Below, in pieces: positions 20,143-30,044 of a DNA stretch of 64,000 nt. The notes below the pieces were generated by a model. The model saw only the letters and a program-made list of their open reading frames with translations. It had not been told where the DNA came from and made no database searches. Every line of letters starts with the position of its first letter. Within the stretch, counting starts at the first letter, position 1. The position numbers were made by a program, and so were the translations under genes. This stretch comes from Candidatus Bathyarchaeia archaeon (lineage in GTDB: Archaea > Thermoproteota > Bathyarchaeia > Bathyarchaeales > Bathycorpusculaceae): positions 52,795 through 116,794 of the forward strand of contig JAVZLK010000004.1 of assembly GCA_038883795.1 (NCBI GenBank), in the 5' to 3' direction.

Positions 20143-20855
20143 AAACCTCCATTCAAAAGGAAGAAGGTCAAAGCGCCGAAGGCTGGCACAGTTAAATTGT
20201 CAAAGCCTAAGGGTGTAAACCCTTCAACCAAAGTTGTGACTGCAGCCACAGCAACCGCAGAGAAGACCTTATCGACAAATGAGAATGGCAATATTAGCGA
20301 GAAATAGAAGAGGCTTAAAGCGAAGACGATAAAGCTTGCAAGGAACATGGCAGCAGAGCCTTCAAAGCTTTTTTCTGCAAAAACTCCATATTTCCTCTTG
20401 CCAAACTTTTCTCCAACAATAGAAGCTATGGCATCGCCGTAAGCCATAGGCAAGATGCCCGCCGCCAAAACCATAACATACTGTTTAGAGGCGAAAAGCA
20501 GAGCCAAAACTGTGTAGGATATGGCATAAAAAACTAGTCCCAATTGATGACCTTCTTCGGTTATGTCTGCAAGTCCCTTCATTTTTTTGCTTAAATTTTT
20601 GAATGGTGAATAGGCGGATGCGAAAAATGTTATGGGTATAAATGGGGCTGCAACAAGAAATGGGTAAATGTTGGATGTGAAGAATGGGATTATGAAGGGA
20701 AGGTTTCCAATCATTATGTGCAAGAATTTTCGGGAAGCCTTTCGCTGTATGCCTAAAATTTTCTCCATTCTGCCAGAAACAAAAATTATTAGCAGTATGT
20801 AAAAATAGCATAGAAGCATCAAAAGAACGTTTGTAAAAACCTCATCACTAATCAA
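20139..20855 (-). CDS. Polyprenol/diacylglycerol kinase family (SEC59/DGK1/phytol kinase; CTP_transf_1) membrane protein
   Basis: SRKFLHI, AYGDAIASIVG, KSFEGS, GFDNLTVP. Confidence 0.8.
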   Translation of the reverse strand: MISDEVFTNVLLMLLCYFYILLIIFVSGRMEKILGIQRKASRKFLHIMIGNLPFIIPFFTSNIYPFLVAAPFIPITFFASAYSPFKNLSKKMKGLADITEEGHQLGLVFYAISYTVLALLFASKQYVMVLAAGILPMAYGDAIASIVGEKFGKRKYGVFAEKSFEGSAAMFLASFIVFALSLFYFSLILPFSFVDKVFSAVAVAAVTTLVEGFTPLGFDNLTVPAFGALTFFLLNGGL

Positions 20856-20864
20856 GGTTTCACC

Positions 20865-21713
20865 CTAAAAGGCTCCAGCAATAAAAGCTAACAATCCAAT
20901 GAGAAACCATAAAAGAACAATGTTTTTGACCTTTCTGGCGTTTTCCCTCGAAAAGTCTTTAAGAAGCATGACTGTGGAAGCCAAAAGTCCAAAATCAGTT
21001 ATAGCCACGAGGGGAAAGAACCCAAAAGAAACGTTTCCCAAAAGCCCCGGAATCGGACTTAAAAGTACCGCAGAAAAATAAAATAATGCAGCAGTTATGG
21101 CTGCTCTTTTTTCTCCATAAAGAACAGCCAAAGTTTTCACATTCTGTGTTCTATCCCCCTGAACATCAACTATTCCCTTGGTTATTTCTCTGCCAGTGTT
21201 TGACAGGAAAACCATTAAAACGAAAATCAAAACATTCGGTACAACATTATTAACTGCGGCTACACTTCCATAAATAAATGGTAATGCTACGCATGTGCTA
21301 ACGAGAAAGTTTCCGGGCAAACCGCTACGCTTTCCAACAGTTGTATATGTTACAAAGATTGTCCATGCAATTATGGCTATTAAGAAACAGAGAGGGTTTG
21401 TTAAGAATGCACTTACAAAACCTATGATCGTAAGTGCTGATGCGAAAATTAGGGCGTTTTTTGGCTGGATTAAGCCGCTTGGAATTGGACGTTTCGGCTC
21501 GTTTACAGCATCAATTTCCCTGTCATAATAGTCATTTATAGCCATGGACGCAGCGGTTAAAGCAAAACCAGTGATAAACCCGTATGTGAGGTTTTGCCAA
21601 CTAACGCCTAAAACATTTGGGTTTGCTAGGGCTGCGCCCACTATGACAGCAAAGCCCATCATTAGACAGTTTATTGGACGCATTAAACGAAGATACCCGC
21701 CGACTTTTCTCAT
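20865..21713 (-). CDS. Digeranylgeranylglyceryl phosphate synthase (UbiA family)
   Basis: LMRPIN, INDYYDREIDAVNEPKRPIPSG, REITKGIVDVQGD. Confidence 0.88.
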   Translation of the reverse strand: MRKVGGYLRLMRPINCLMMGFAVIVGAALANPNVLGVSWQNLTYGFITGFALTAASMAINDYYDREIDAVNEPKRPIPSGLIQPKNALIFASALTIIGFVSAFLTNPLCFLIAIIAWTIFVTYTTVGKRSGLPGNFLVSTCVALPFIYGSVAAVNNVVPNVLIFVLMVFLSNTGREITKGIVDVQGDRTQNVKTLAVLYGEKRAAITAALFYFSAVLLSPIPGLLGNVSFGFFPLVAITDFGLLASTVMLLKDFSRENARKVKNIVLLWFLIGLLAFIAGAF

Positions 21714-21833
21714 GTTTTAAACCTTGCCATAACATTTAGCTTCTCTTTAAAGTTATAAAATTCACGATTAAATTCGAAAGTTTAATACGTTTGGCATAAG
21801 TAAACCATTCTAAAGTCTATTGGTGATAGGCTT

Positions 21834-23105
21834 TTGAACCCTAACTATGCCCCAGAAAGGTTAAGAGTGATAATTCCTGTTGGAGGAAAAGCCACAAGAC
21901 TACTACCGCTTACTGCTGAAACGAGTAAGGCTTGTCTGCGCATACTCAACAGACCCTTAATAGAATTTTCCCTCCTATCCCTAGCCAACCAAGGAATTAG
22001 AAACTTCATTTTCGGGGTGAAGGGCTACACAAACTATAGGGATCTACATGACTATTTTGAGTCAGGTTATGGATTCTCCGCCAGATACGGCATAAAGCCC
22101 AGAGTTCATATAAAATATCAACCAAACATAGAAGATTTGGGAAGCGCAGACTCCGCAAGAATAAACATGGAATACTACAACGTTAGGGATCCAGTTTTTG
22201 CTGTGCAAGGCGACAACATTTTTGACGTGAACTTGAAAGAGCTTGTGGAGTTTCACCAGAAAAAGGGCGCCATCATGACCATAGCCTTAAGGGAAGTAGA
22301 AGACGTGGAAGGTTATGGAATAGCAGACATAAACAGAGATATGCGAATCTCAAGATTTGTGGAAAAACCAGCGCCAAAAGATGCTCCATCAAATCTTGCA
22401 AACACTGGTTTGTACATGGTTTCGCCTGAAATAAGAAAAATCTTCAAAGAGGAAGGCGTTAAAAAAATAATTAAGGAAAGGCAGCGCCTAGATTTCGGCT
22501 ACGATTTCATTCCTTACCTGATACAAAGCGGAAGACCAGTTTATGGTTACACTTTAAAAGGAAGCTGGTATGACGTCGGCAACCCAAAACGTTACCTACA
22601 AACAATGCAGGACATGCTTCAAGGGCGTTTCTCTTCATTGACAGGTTTTGGCGGAAGAATAAGCGAAGAGGAAAGAATTTGGGTTCAGGGAGAAAGCACA
22701 GAATCAATGAAGAGGAGAAAGGAAATCATAAAGAAAATCAAGCAAGGAAAAATAGAGGTTAAAGGCGCTGTCCTCATTGGGAGACACTGCCAAATAGAAG
22801 ATGGCGCAAGAATAGTGAATTCATGCATTGACAATTACACTAAAATTGGCAAAGGCGTTGTTATAGAAAATTCCGCCATCATGGACAGAGTTATAATTGA
22901 GGAAAAGGCGGAGATAAAAGAAAGCATTATAGGACGTCACGTAACAGTTCTCTCAAGCCCCAAAAAGCAAACCAAGATAGAGGCTGTTTCCGTTGTCGCC
23001 GACGACGTAACCATAGCAGAAGGCTGCAAACTGACAGCAACAAAAATCTATCCACACCAGTTCGTAAAGGGAGAATTCATAAATCAAACGTTAATGCCTG
23101 GCTAA
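21834..23105 (+). CDS. NDP-sugar pyrophosphorylase (sugar-1-phosphate nucleotidyltransferase with C-terminal beta-helix)
   Basis: GGKATRLLPLT...K, QGDNIF, RFVEKP, DFGYDFIP, WYDVGN, hexapeptide repeats. Confidence 0.85.
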   Translation: MNPNYAPERLRVIIPVGGKATRLLPLTAETSKACLRILNRPLIEFSLLSLANQGIRNFIFGVKGYTNYRDLHDYFESGYGFSARYGIKPRVHIKYQPNIEDLGSADSARINMEYYNVRDPVFAVQGDNIFDVNLKELVEFHQKKGAIMTIALREVEDVEGYGIADINRDMRISRFVEKPAPKDAPSNLANTGLYMVSPEIRKIFKEEGVKKIIKERQRLDFGYDFIPYLIQSGRPVYGYTLKGSWYDVGNPKRYLQTMQDMLQGRFSSLTGFGGRISEEERIWVQGESTESMKRRKEIIKKIKQGKIEVKGAVLIGRHCQIEDGARIVNSCIDNYTKIGKGVVIENSAIMDRVIIEEKAEIKESIIGRHVTVLSSPKKQTKIEAVSVVADDVTIAEGCKLTATKIYPHQFVKGEFINQTLMPG

Positions 23106-23173
23106 ATTCTCAGCAAACGTCAACTATTCATCACAAAAGTTTTATTAACTTATATAAGCCATATTTCAGAGCC

Positions 23174-24190
23174 ATGTTACATATGAAATTTCGCATAATT
23201 GGTTTGTTCTCAATATGTTTAATAATATTCGCTGTTGCTTGTCGCCAAGTTTCCGTTGTCTATGCGCTAAATGGAGCGCAATTAATGGAAAATGTAGCTA
23301 TTTCCGTTAACTGCACAACCGCCCAGCTGCACATCACAAGCATGGTTGCATCCAGCGACGCTTCGCTTGTAAACTTCACGAGTGGCGTAAACATGAATGA
23401 CCCAAACTTAATAAATGCAACCACAATTAGCGCCATATTTTCAGCAGATGGATCTTTTCTAGGATACCTTTTCAACAACACTGATCCAACAACTGCCACA
23501 TCAATTGCGGACTCGATTACTCCGGGTGTATCCACAGCCTTTAATACTGCTTTCACGTATCTTTCAACCGGCACATACGAAACCTTTGCCAATGTAACAT
23601 ACACTGGACCAGCAAAAGCCAATTTGCAGTCTTATACGGAATGGTTAATAACTCAGTGTCTGGCTTCTGATTTAGGAGGATTTTCGTTGACATTTTCACC
23701 GATGTCTCAAGCGCCGCATGCTGTAGTTGTTGTTAGCGCAATGAAAGACAGCGGTGGGTTTGACTGGGAATATTCAATGATGGTTGGCTATTATACAAGC
23801 ATTACACCCGGCTCTGGCAACCATACCATTGACGTTCTATATTGGCTTAATGTAGAATCCCTTGCGCCTTCATCATACGCTTCTGAACCCGAGATTGGTT
23901 ACGACTCAATGGTTTCGCTTACAATTTATTCAAACCAAACAATCAGTTATGTTTCATGTGAACCAGGATTGGCAGACTTTCCTGGAAATCGAGGGTGGAC
24001 ATATTATCAGTATGAACCAACAAGTTTAGTGGCTTACTTCGGCTTTGGCGATGATTCCTCACCAGTCAGTCCATTAACCTTCACCTTTTCAGGATTAGTA
24101 GTTCCAGAGTTCTCGACTCCAGCCTTACTTGCCATGTTCACATTAGCCGCAACAATAGCCCTAATTGCAAGAAAGCGTCTCTTAAAGTGA
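23174..24190 (+). CDS. Secreted surface protein with PEF-CTERM sorting signal
   Basis: Signal peptide, Ser/Thr-rich with several N-x-S/T sequons, ends VVPEFS + TM + RKRLLK. Confidence 0.8.
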   Translation: MLHMKFRIIGLFSICLIIFAVACRQVSVVYALNGAQLMENVAISVNCTTAQLHITSMVASSDASLVNFTSGVNMNDPNLINATTISAIFSADGSFLGYLFNNTDPTTATSIADSITPGVSTAFNTAFTYLSTGTYETFANVTYTGPAKANLQSYTEWLITQCLASDLGGFSLTFSPMSQAPHAVVVVSAMKDSGGFDWEYSMMVGYYTSITPGSGNHTIDVLYWLNVESLAPSSYASEPEIGYDSMVSLTIYSNQTISYVSCEPGLADFPGNRGWTYYQYEPTSLVAYFGFGDDSSPVSPLTFTFSGLVVPEFSTPALLAMFTLAATIALIARKRLLK

Positions 24191-24199
24191 AGAACAAAA

Positions 24200-24673
24200 A
24201 TGATTATTGACTTAAAAGAAACCAGAAAAAGAACAGTACCCGTGAACCAGTACATAGATAGCTTAAAACAGACTTTCAAAGAAAAATTTCTGGCGAGAAA
24301 GCATACATACAAATTGAACCAAGAGGCAATAAATAGAATTAAGGAATTTGCAGACAAATATCTCATAGTTGCCTTCTCTGCAGAATGGTGCAAAGACTGT
24401 GCAGCAAACATTCCAGTCTTAGCCCGCATATCCGAAAAAACCGGTTTAGAAGTTAGAGTGTTCGGAGGTTTAATGAAGGATCCGTTAAGTCATGAAAGAA
24501 AATGGAGGATTCCACCTTCGCCACCTGAAGTAGAAACGTTTAACGTGGACAAGATTCCATTGATAATTTTGTTTGATAAGAATGGAAAAGAGATTGGAAG
24601 AATAGTTGAAAATCCACGCGAACCAACGCTGGAAGAAGAATTGCTGAAAATTATTTTACAACAGCATCAGTAG
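24200..24673 (+). CDS. Thioredoxin-family protein
   Basis: FSAEWCKDC, KIP cis-Pro motif, GKEIGRIVENP. Confidence 0.8.
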   Translation: MIIDLKETRKRTVPVNQYIDSLKQTFKEKFLARKHTYKLNQEAINRIKEFADKYLIVAFSAEWCKDCAANIPVLARISEKTGLEVRVFGGLMKDPLSHERKWRIPPSPPEVETFNVDKIPLIILFDKNGKEIGRIVENPREPTLEEELLKIILQQHQ

Positions 24674-24687
24674 ATAAGCTAGAAGAA

Positions 24688-25245
24688 TTAGGCTTTAAAC
24701 CACTTGAATATTAGGTATCTTATTTTCTCCTTTTCCATGTCTGGCACTGCTATTATGAACCGTTTCCGAACAGTTGTTGCAAGCCTTCCAGCCTTCACAA
24801 TCTCTGTCGCCGTTATTTCTGAAGAAGCGCTTTTAACAGAAACCATGTAAGGCGCATGTTCAATGCCTGGTCCATGCTTGTAAACGGCAAAGTCGCATCC
24901 AAACTTTATTCCAGGCGTAACAATCAAGCCATTGTCACGTAAGTCTCGGTAAACAGCATACTTTTCATCAAACTCCTCATATAATTGCCTAGCTTTTTGA
25001 CGCAACTTTTTGAGGCCGACTTTCTTCTTTGCTGGTCCTTCATAAATGCTTATGATTCCTTTTTCGGCAAGATATAATCCTTCCATCAAATCCAAAATTA
25101 GTGGGACCTCAAATTCTGGAATTTTAGGTTTTGGAATGCCTAAGGGTTTTCCGTAAAAGCCCTTCTTATAGAGTTTAGACCCTTCCTTGGGGTTCCAAAC
25201 GATTAAGAAGTTTTCAATGAATTCGACATCAATTTTTTTAGGCAT
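24688..25245 (-). CDS. endA: tRNA splicing endonuclease, catalytic subunit
   Basis: LDLMEGLYL, YAVYRDLR, GIKFGCDFAVY, HAPY, GRLATTVRK (Y/H/K triad). Confidence 0.92.
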   Translation of the reverse strand: MPKKIDVEFIENFLIVWNPKEGSKLYKKGFYGKPLGIPKPKIPEFEVPLILDLMEGLYLAEKGIISIYEGPAKKKVGLKKLRQKARQLYEEFDEKYAVYRDLRDNGLIVTPGIKFGCDFAVYKHGPGIEHAPYMVSVKSASSEITATEIVKAGRLATTVRKRFIIAVPDMEKEKIRYLIFKWFKA

Positions 25246-25261
25246 TAGAATTTTCGCCTTT

Positions 25262-25939
25262 TCACATTATGAAAGAAAGGATTCTAGCGGCGTCTGCTGC
25301 ATCTTCAGCCTTGTCCGCTGAATCTTCCAATAGTTGTAGAACATCTCTTAGAAGGATTAGGGCTGGAAAGTCCAGTTTGCTGTTTAATAGTTTTATTTCT
25401 AATTCACGGTATAACTCATCAACTGCCCTTTCTGCAACTTCAACTTCCTTGGCTTTTTCCATGGCTTTAGATGAACCGTAAGTGAGAACCATGGCGGTTT
25501 CTCTAAGCTTAAGCACGGCCTCTAAAACGGTTTCTGAAAGCTTCAGTAAGTCCTTTTTTATGTCCATGGGAACATTCCAGTTGTGCTCCATAATTTCCAC
25601 TAGGCGGAAGGCTATGCCCTCTGAGAAGTCCGCAATCTCGCTTGTGAGGTTTGTAAATCTTAAGAAGTCTTCTCTGCTGAGGAGGATGGCTCCTATTTCG
25701 GCAAGTTCTTGCGAGACAAGTCTCCTTGCGTTGTCAACATCGTCTTCGCCGCTTCTAATTTCGTTGAAAAGTTGTTTTGCCCTATCCTTGTCGTTTTTAA
25801 CGAAGCAGTCCACCATTTGAGGAACTTTTCTTGTTAAATCCAGAACTTTCCTTAGGTGGTCTTGGCATATGCTTAAGGCTCTCCTTTTTACTCGTTCTTC
25901 GGTTTCTGCTGGAAGCACCAAATTTTTCCCCGCCCACAA
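25262..25939 (-). CDS. DUF47 / PhoU-like phosphate transport regulator
   Basis: EDDVD, SRED, ERAVD, LEDSADKAEDAAD helical repeats. Confidence 0.8.
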   Translation of the reverse strand: MWAGKNLVLPAETEERVKRRALSICQDHLRKVLDLTRKVPQMVDCFVKNDKDRAKQLFNEIRSGEDDVDNARRLVSQELAEIGAILLSREDFLRFTNLTSEIADFSEGIAFRLVEIMEHNWNVPMDIKKDLLKLSETVLEAVLKLRETAMVLTYGSSKAMEKAKEVEVAERAVDELYRELEIKLLNSKLDFPALILLRDVLQLLEDSADKAEDAADAARILSFIM

Positions 25940-25997
25940 GTAAGGCTATTTTCCTCTACATTAAATAAGGTGAAGTGTTAAAAAAGGTAACGAAACC

Positions 25998-27761
25998 TTA
26001 GCCTTTAAACGGCTTGCCCAAATCCTCAAAATTGATTTTCCATCTAAAATATTTGTGCAAAAGCTCAGGCAAATCTTCAATTCTGCTTCTAACCTGTTTC
26101 CAAGAATCACGGTCTCGGATGGTGACCGTGTTATCCTTAAGTGTTTCATAGTCAACTGTTATGCCTAAGGGTATACCAATTTCATCTGCTCTGGCGTAGC
26201 GTCTGCCAATGGAGCCAGCCTCATCATACTCCACTATGAAACCTTCATTAACCAAAATTTTATGCAATTCCATGGCTTTTTCTGGCAATCCATCCTTACT
26301 CACTAACGGATAAACGCCAACTTGAATGGGGGCGATGTCCCTTGGAAAACTCATCACAGTCCTATCATCCTTCACGCGATAGGCATATTCGAAAGTCACG
26401 TAAAGGAGGCGGTCTGAGCCAAAGGTTGGTTCTATAACATGAGGTATGAAGCGCCTTCCCCGCTCCACAACTTTTTCATGTCTAATTTCCAAATGTTCTG
26501 GCAAAATCTTGTATTTCCCAAGCATAAAATATCCATTCTTTTTAAGGGAATTCTCCACCTCCTTCGGGTCTGCCTTAGAAAGCATTTCAGCAACCTTTGC
26601 AGCTTCCTTCTTAAAAGCGGGTCCCAATTTGCCCATTATTGGCTTTATGATTATTTGCTCCTTTTCCAATGGTTTTTCATATTCTTTAAAGATATACATG
26701 TCTTGATTGCTAAATTCTGTATGCCTCTTCAAATCGTAATCAGTTCTGTGGGCTGTGGCTGTAACTTCAATCCAACCCCACCTTTCAACTAGAACCTCAT
26801 GGTCGAACGTTTGGGCTGAATAGTGGGCTCTTTCCCATGGAAGTTTTTCAATGAAGCGTTGTTTTTCAGCTGGAACCCCCAAAGCTATTAGTAGCTTTTT
26901 TGAGATTGCCATAAAAACCGCTTGCCACTCAGCCTTAATATAGCCTTTCTCTAAAGCCTCTTTTACGGTAACCGTTATGAGATCCTCAGAACCCTTTAGC
27001 CTATTCTCAGCCAAAACCAACTGTAAGGTTTCATTTTCCACCTCCTTTAGCAGGTAACAGTTTGGTTCTTCTGGGTCAAAGAAAAACTCCAAATCCCCAA
27101 TGGTGAATTCTCTCAGCCTCAAAAGCCCTTGCCTCGGCGAAATCTCATTTCTTAAGGCACGCCCAATCTGTATTACGCCAAAGGGCAGTTTTTCTCGTGC
27201 CATTTCATAGAGGCGTCTAAACTCCACAAATATGCCTTGGGCGGCTTCTGGTCTTGCATAACCTACAGCATCCGAATATGGTCCTATAGTTGTTTTGAAC
27301 ATTGTTAGAAACTGTTTTGGTTCGCTTAATGTGCCGCCGCATTCTGGGCAGAGAATTTTCTGCCTTTCAATTATGTTTTTTATTTCTGTTAGGCTTAGTT
27401 TTTCTGCTTCGGTTTGGGGAATTTTTGTGGTTTCTGCGATTAGGTGGTCAGCCCTAAATTTTTTCTTACAATTTTGGCATTCAACCATGGGTTCTTTAAA
27501 ATGTTCCACATGCCCCGAAGCCTCGAAAACCTTTTCTGGCGCAATTATCGGTGACTCAATTTCCATCATGCCAAGCTTGTAAACATAAAATTCTCTTATC
27601 TTTCTTTCAATGTTTTGTTTTAATCTTGCGCCAAGATGTCCATAGGTAACGAAGCCGCTGGCGCCTCCATATATTTCATAGGATTGCCAAAAGAAACCTC
27701 TTCGGCGTGCTAGCTCATTAATCGCCGTGAACTTGTCTGCTATTTTTGTTTCTTTCGTCAA
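25998..27761 (-). CDS. glyS: Glycine--tRNA ligase (archaeal/eukaryotic type); start placed at TTG 27761
   Basis: RRGFFWQSYEIYGG, ASGHVEHF, RPEAAQG, RNEISPRQGLLRLREF, PHVIEP, GSIGRRYARADE. Confidence 0.95.
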   Translation of the reverse strand: MTKETKIADKFTAINELARRRGFFWQSYEIYGGASGFVTYGHLGARLKQNIERKIREFYVYKLGMMEIESPIIAPEKVFEASGHVEHFKEPMVECQNCKKKFRADHLIAETTKIPQTEAEKLSLTEIKNIIERQKILCPECGGTLSEPKQFLTMFKTTIGPYSDAVGYARPEAAQGIFVEFRRLYEMAREKLPFGVIQIGRALRNEISPRQGLLRLREFTIGDLEFFFDPEEPNCYLLKEVENETLQLVLAENRLKGSEDLITVTVKEALEKGYIKAEWQAVFMAISKKLLIALGVPAEKQRFIEKLPWERAHYSAQTFDHEVLVERWGWIEVTATAHRTDYDLKRHTEFSNQDMYIFKEYEKPLEKEQIIIKPIMGKLGPAFKKEAAKVAEMLSKADPKEVENSLKKNGYFMLGKYKILPEHLEIRHEKVVERGRRFIPHVIEPTFGSDRLLYVTFEYAYRVKDDRTVMSFPRDIAPIQVGVYPLVSKDGLPEKAMELHKILVNEGFIVEYDEAGSIGRRYARADEIGIPLGITVDYETLKDNTVTIRDRDSWKQVRSRIEDLPELLHKYFRWKINFEDLGKPFKG

Positions 27762-27847
27762 CTTTGCAGCCTCTTTATGGTTAAGTGTTTTAAAGAGTTT
27801 AAGGCTTACTAATAATAAACTTTCATCCGAAACGGAGGTTTCAAGGT

Positions 27848-28915
27848 TTGAGAACCCTAAACCATCAAGACCTGCTCGACTTGGTGGATGGCGCTGCAAT
27901 TTTTTCCGCTGGAGGTGGAGGCGACCCCGAAACTGGTTATAACATAGCAGACGGGTTGGCGAGTCAAGGTTATACTGTTAGGCTTGTTGTCCCTTCAGAT
28001 GTTCCAGAAGAGGCGAGGGTTGTAAATTTCGCATGTGTAGGCGCCACAACCGCCATTGGATACGATTCTGATGCGGCTGTGAAAACTTTGAAGGCTTTAG
28101 AAGAATATGCTGGTTTTTCCGCTTTTGCCACCATTCCAGTAGAACTTGGCGGCTTTAACACATTAGCTGCTGTAGATGTTGCTGCCAGAAGAGGCATTCC
28201 CGTCGTTGATGCGGATGGGGCTGGGAGGGCTGTTCCAGAAGTTCACCTAAAGGTTTACACTATTGACGGCATATCCTTAACGCCGATGGCTATTGCAGAC
28301 ATCCACGCAAAAAACGTGGTCATTGTTAAAGAGACAATGGATGCGAGGGCTGCGGAAAGAATCGCACGGGTTTTGGCTGCAGAATGGGGTCAAAGCGCTT
28401 ACACTGCTAGAAGAATATTAACAGGTGCTCAGGTGAAAACTTCGCCAATCCAGCTTAGCCTCTCAAAGTCTATAAAAATTGGAAAACTTTTAAGGACAAC
28501 AATTGAACCCATAAAGGCTGTTCTAAAGGAAACCAACGGTTTTAAACTCTTCGAAGGCTTGGTGGAGAATGTTGAACAAAAAACCGAAGCTGGCTTCACA
28601 TTTGTAAACATAAAACTTAAGGGAACTCATGAATATGCCGGCGATATTTTTGAGTTTAAAGCCAAAAACGAAGTGCTAATAGCCTATAAAAACGGAAAAC
28701 TGGCAGCAATAGCTCCAGACATCATAACACCAGTACATCCGGAAACTGGCAAGTGCATAACAGCAGAAAAAATAGAGAAAGGCGACAAAATTGTTGTTTT
28801 GGGTTTGCCAGCACCAGCGAAATGGCGAACTAAAAAGGGATTAGCATTATGGAAAGATGTACTACAAAGATCTAACATAATTGAAGAATACGTACCAATT
28901 GAGAAACTACAATAA
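27848..28915 (+). CDS. DUF917 family protein
   Basis: GAAIFSAGGGGDP, ELGGFN, VVDADGAGRAVPE, KNE, APDII. Confidence 0.8.
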   Translation: MRTLNHQDLLDLVDGAAIFSAGGGGDPETGYNIADGLASQGYTVRLVVPSDVPEEARVVNFACVGATTAIGYDSDAAVKTLKALEEYAGFSAFATIPVELGGFNTLAAVDVAARRGIPVVDADGAGRAVPEVHLKVYTIDGISLTPMAIADIHAKNVVIVKETMDARAAERIARVLAAEWGQSAYTARRILTGAQVKTSPIQLSLSKSIKIGKLLRTTIEPIKAVLKETNGFKLFEGLVENVEQKTEAGFTFVNIKLKGTHEYAGDIFEFKAKNEVLIAYKNGKLAAIAPDIITPVHPETGKCITAEKIEKGDKIVVLGLPAPAKWRTKKGLALWKDVLQRSNIIEEYVPIEKLQ

Positions 28916-28917
28916 GT

Positions 28918-29712
28918 TCAAAATGTTTGTTTTTCTTCCCGTTTAATTTTTAAACTTTGAAAGATTTTCTTCCTTTCTTTTTCACTTAAATGGGCGAGGT
29001 TTTTCCACTTGCCCATACAAAATGTTTTCTCTATTTTCGCTCCGATTGGACAAAAGTTGTAGCAGTAGCCACAATATCTCACTCTTTTTCTTGTTATATC
29101 TCTAATTTGAAGTATGAACTGAATACATCGAGTTCTGTTGAATCCTTTTGGCGGTGGCATTTTTCTGTTTATGGCGTTTATTGGGCAAAGCTTCACACAA
29201 GTGTCACATTTCTGGCAAGGATTGAAGTCTTTTAAAGGTTTGTCCGTTTCTATGGAAGCGTCTGTTAGAACAACGCCAAGATTGACTCTAGGTCCATATT
29301 CTGGAGTTATCAGGATGCTTGGTCTTCCAAATACCCCTAGTCCTGCTTCATATGCGGCTAATTTAAAGGATAAGCGGGCAATCATTTCCTTTTCATTTTT
29401 GAAGCCTTGCGGAATAACAGCATTATAGCCCTTGTTTTTGAGGAAGTCGGTAAGTTGAAGAGAAACCCAGTCACGGTAAATGTTTAATACTCTTGATTCA
29501 ACATCTCCTTTTTGGTAATAATTCAAAGTGGTATAATAGTCTAAACCCGCATGAAGGGCAAAAACAATAACAGAATTACAATTTTCTATAACGTCTCTTG
29601 GACGGCAACCATCTTTCGCCATTTTAAATCCATGTTTTGGGTCAGCAATTCCAATCTTGAAAACACCAAATCTCTTTAGAAAATCTTCTAACTCTTCTCT
29701 CATAAGCCTCAC
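28918..29712 (-). CDS. Epoxyqueuosine reductase / reductive dehalogenase-like 4Fe-4S protein
   Basis: SFKLAAYEAGLGVFG, ITPEYGPRV, CQKCDTCVKLCP, C..CGYCYNFCP. Confidence 0.78.
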   Translation of the reverse strand: MRLMREELEDFLKRFGVFKIGIADPKHGFKMAKDGCRPRDVIENCNSVIVFALHAGLDYYTTLNYYQKGDVESRVLNIYRDWVSLQLTDFLKNKGYNAVIPQGFKNEKEMIARLSFKLAAYEAGLGVFGRPSILITPEYGPRVNLGVVLTDASIETDKPLKDFNPCQKCDTCVKLCPINAINRKMPPPKGFNRTRCIQFILQIRDITRKRVRYCGYCYNFCPIGAKIEKTFCMGKWKNLAHLSEKERKKIFQSLKIKREEKQTF

Positions 29713-29734
29713 TTCTTCATACTTTTTGTCTTAT

Positions 29735-29974
29735 CTATTCTCTGATTGTTGGCGGCAAAGCTATCAAAGTTTGTGTTCTACGCACACCATTAATGTGCTG
29801 AATTTTCTCAATTATTTTTCCAAGCTCGTCAATCTTTTGGAATTCCACGAAAACCACAACATCAAACTGTCCCGTTACCGCATGCGCCGTTTTCACTCCT
29901 TCTACTTTGCAGGCGGCTTCTGCAACCTTCCATAATATTCCTGGCTCTGTACTGATGAGAATGTAGGCTTCCAA
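29735..29974 (-). CDS. Stand-alone Lrp/AsnC ligand-binding (RAM) domain protein
   Basis: AYILI, VTGQFDVVV, GVRRTQTLI. Confidence 0.85.
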   Translation of the reverse strand: MEAYILISTEPGILWKVAEAACKVEGVKTAHAVTGQFDVVVFVEFQKIDELGKIIEKIQHINGVRRTQTLIALPPTIRE

Positions 29975-30044
29975 AATTTCCCCTCAATAGTTTGTTTCGG
30001 TAAGGGGATATAAAACTTGCATTGCAGATGCTAATGTGCGTTTA

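Noticed and set aside
27762-27899. N-terminal extension of glyS in the ORF track
   Set aside because: It overlaps the divergent DUF917 gene and promoter region; GlyRS similarity starts near TTG 27761.
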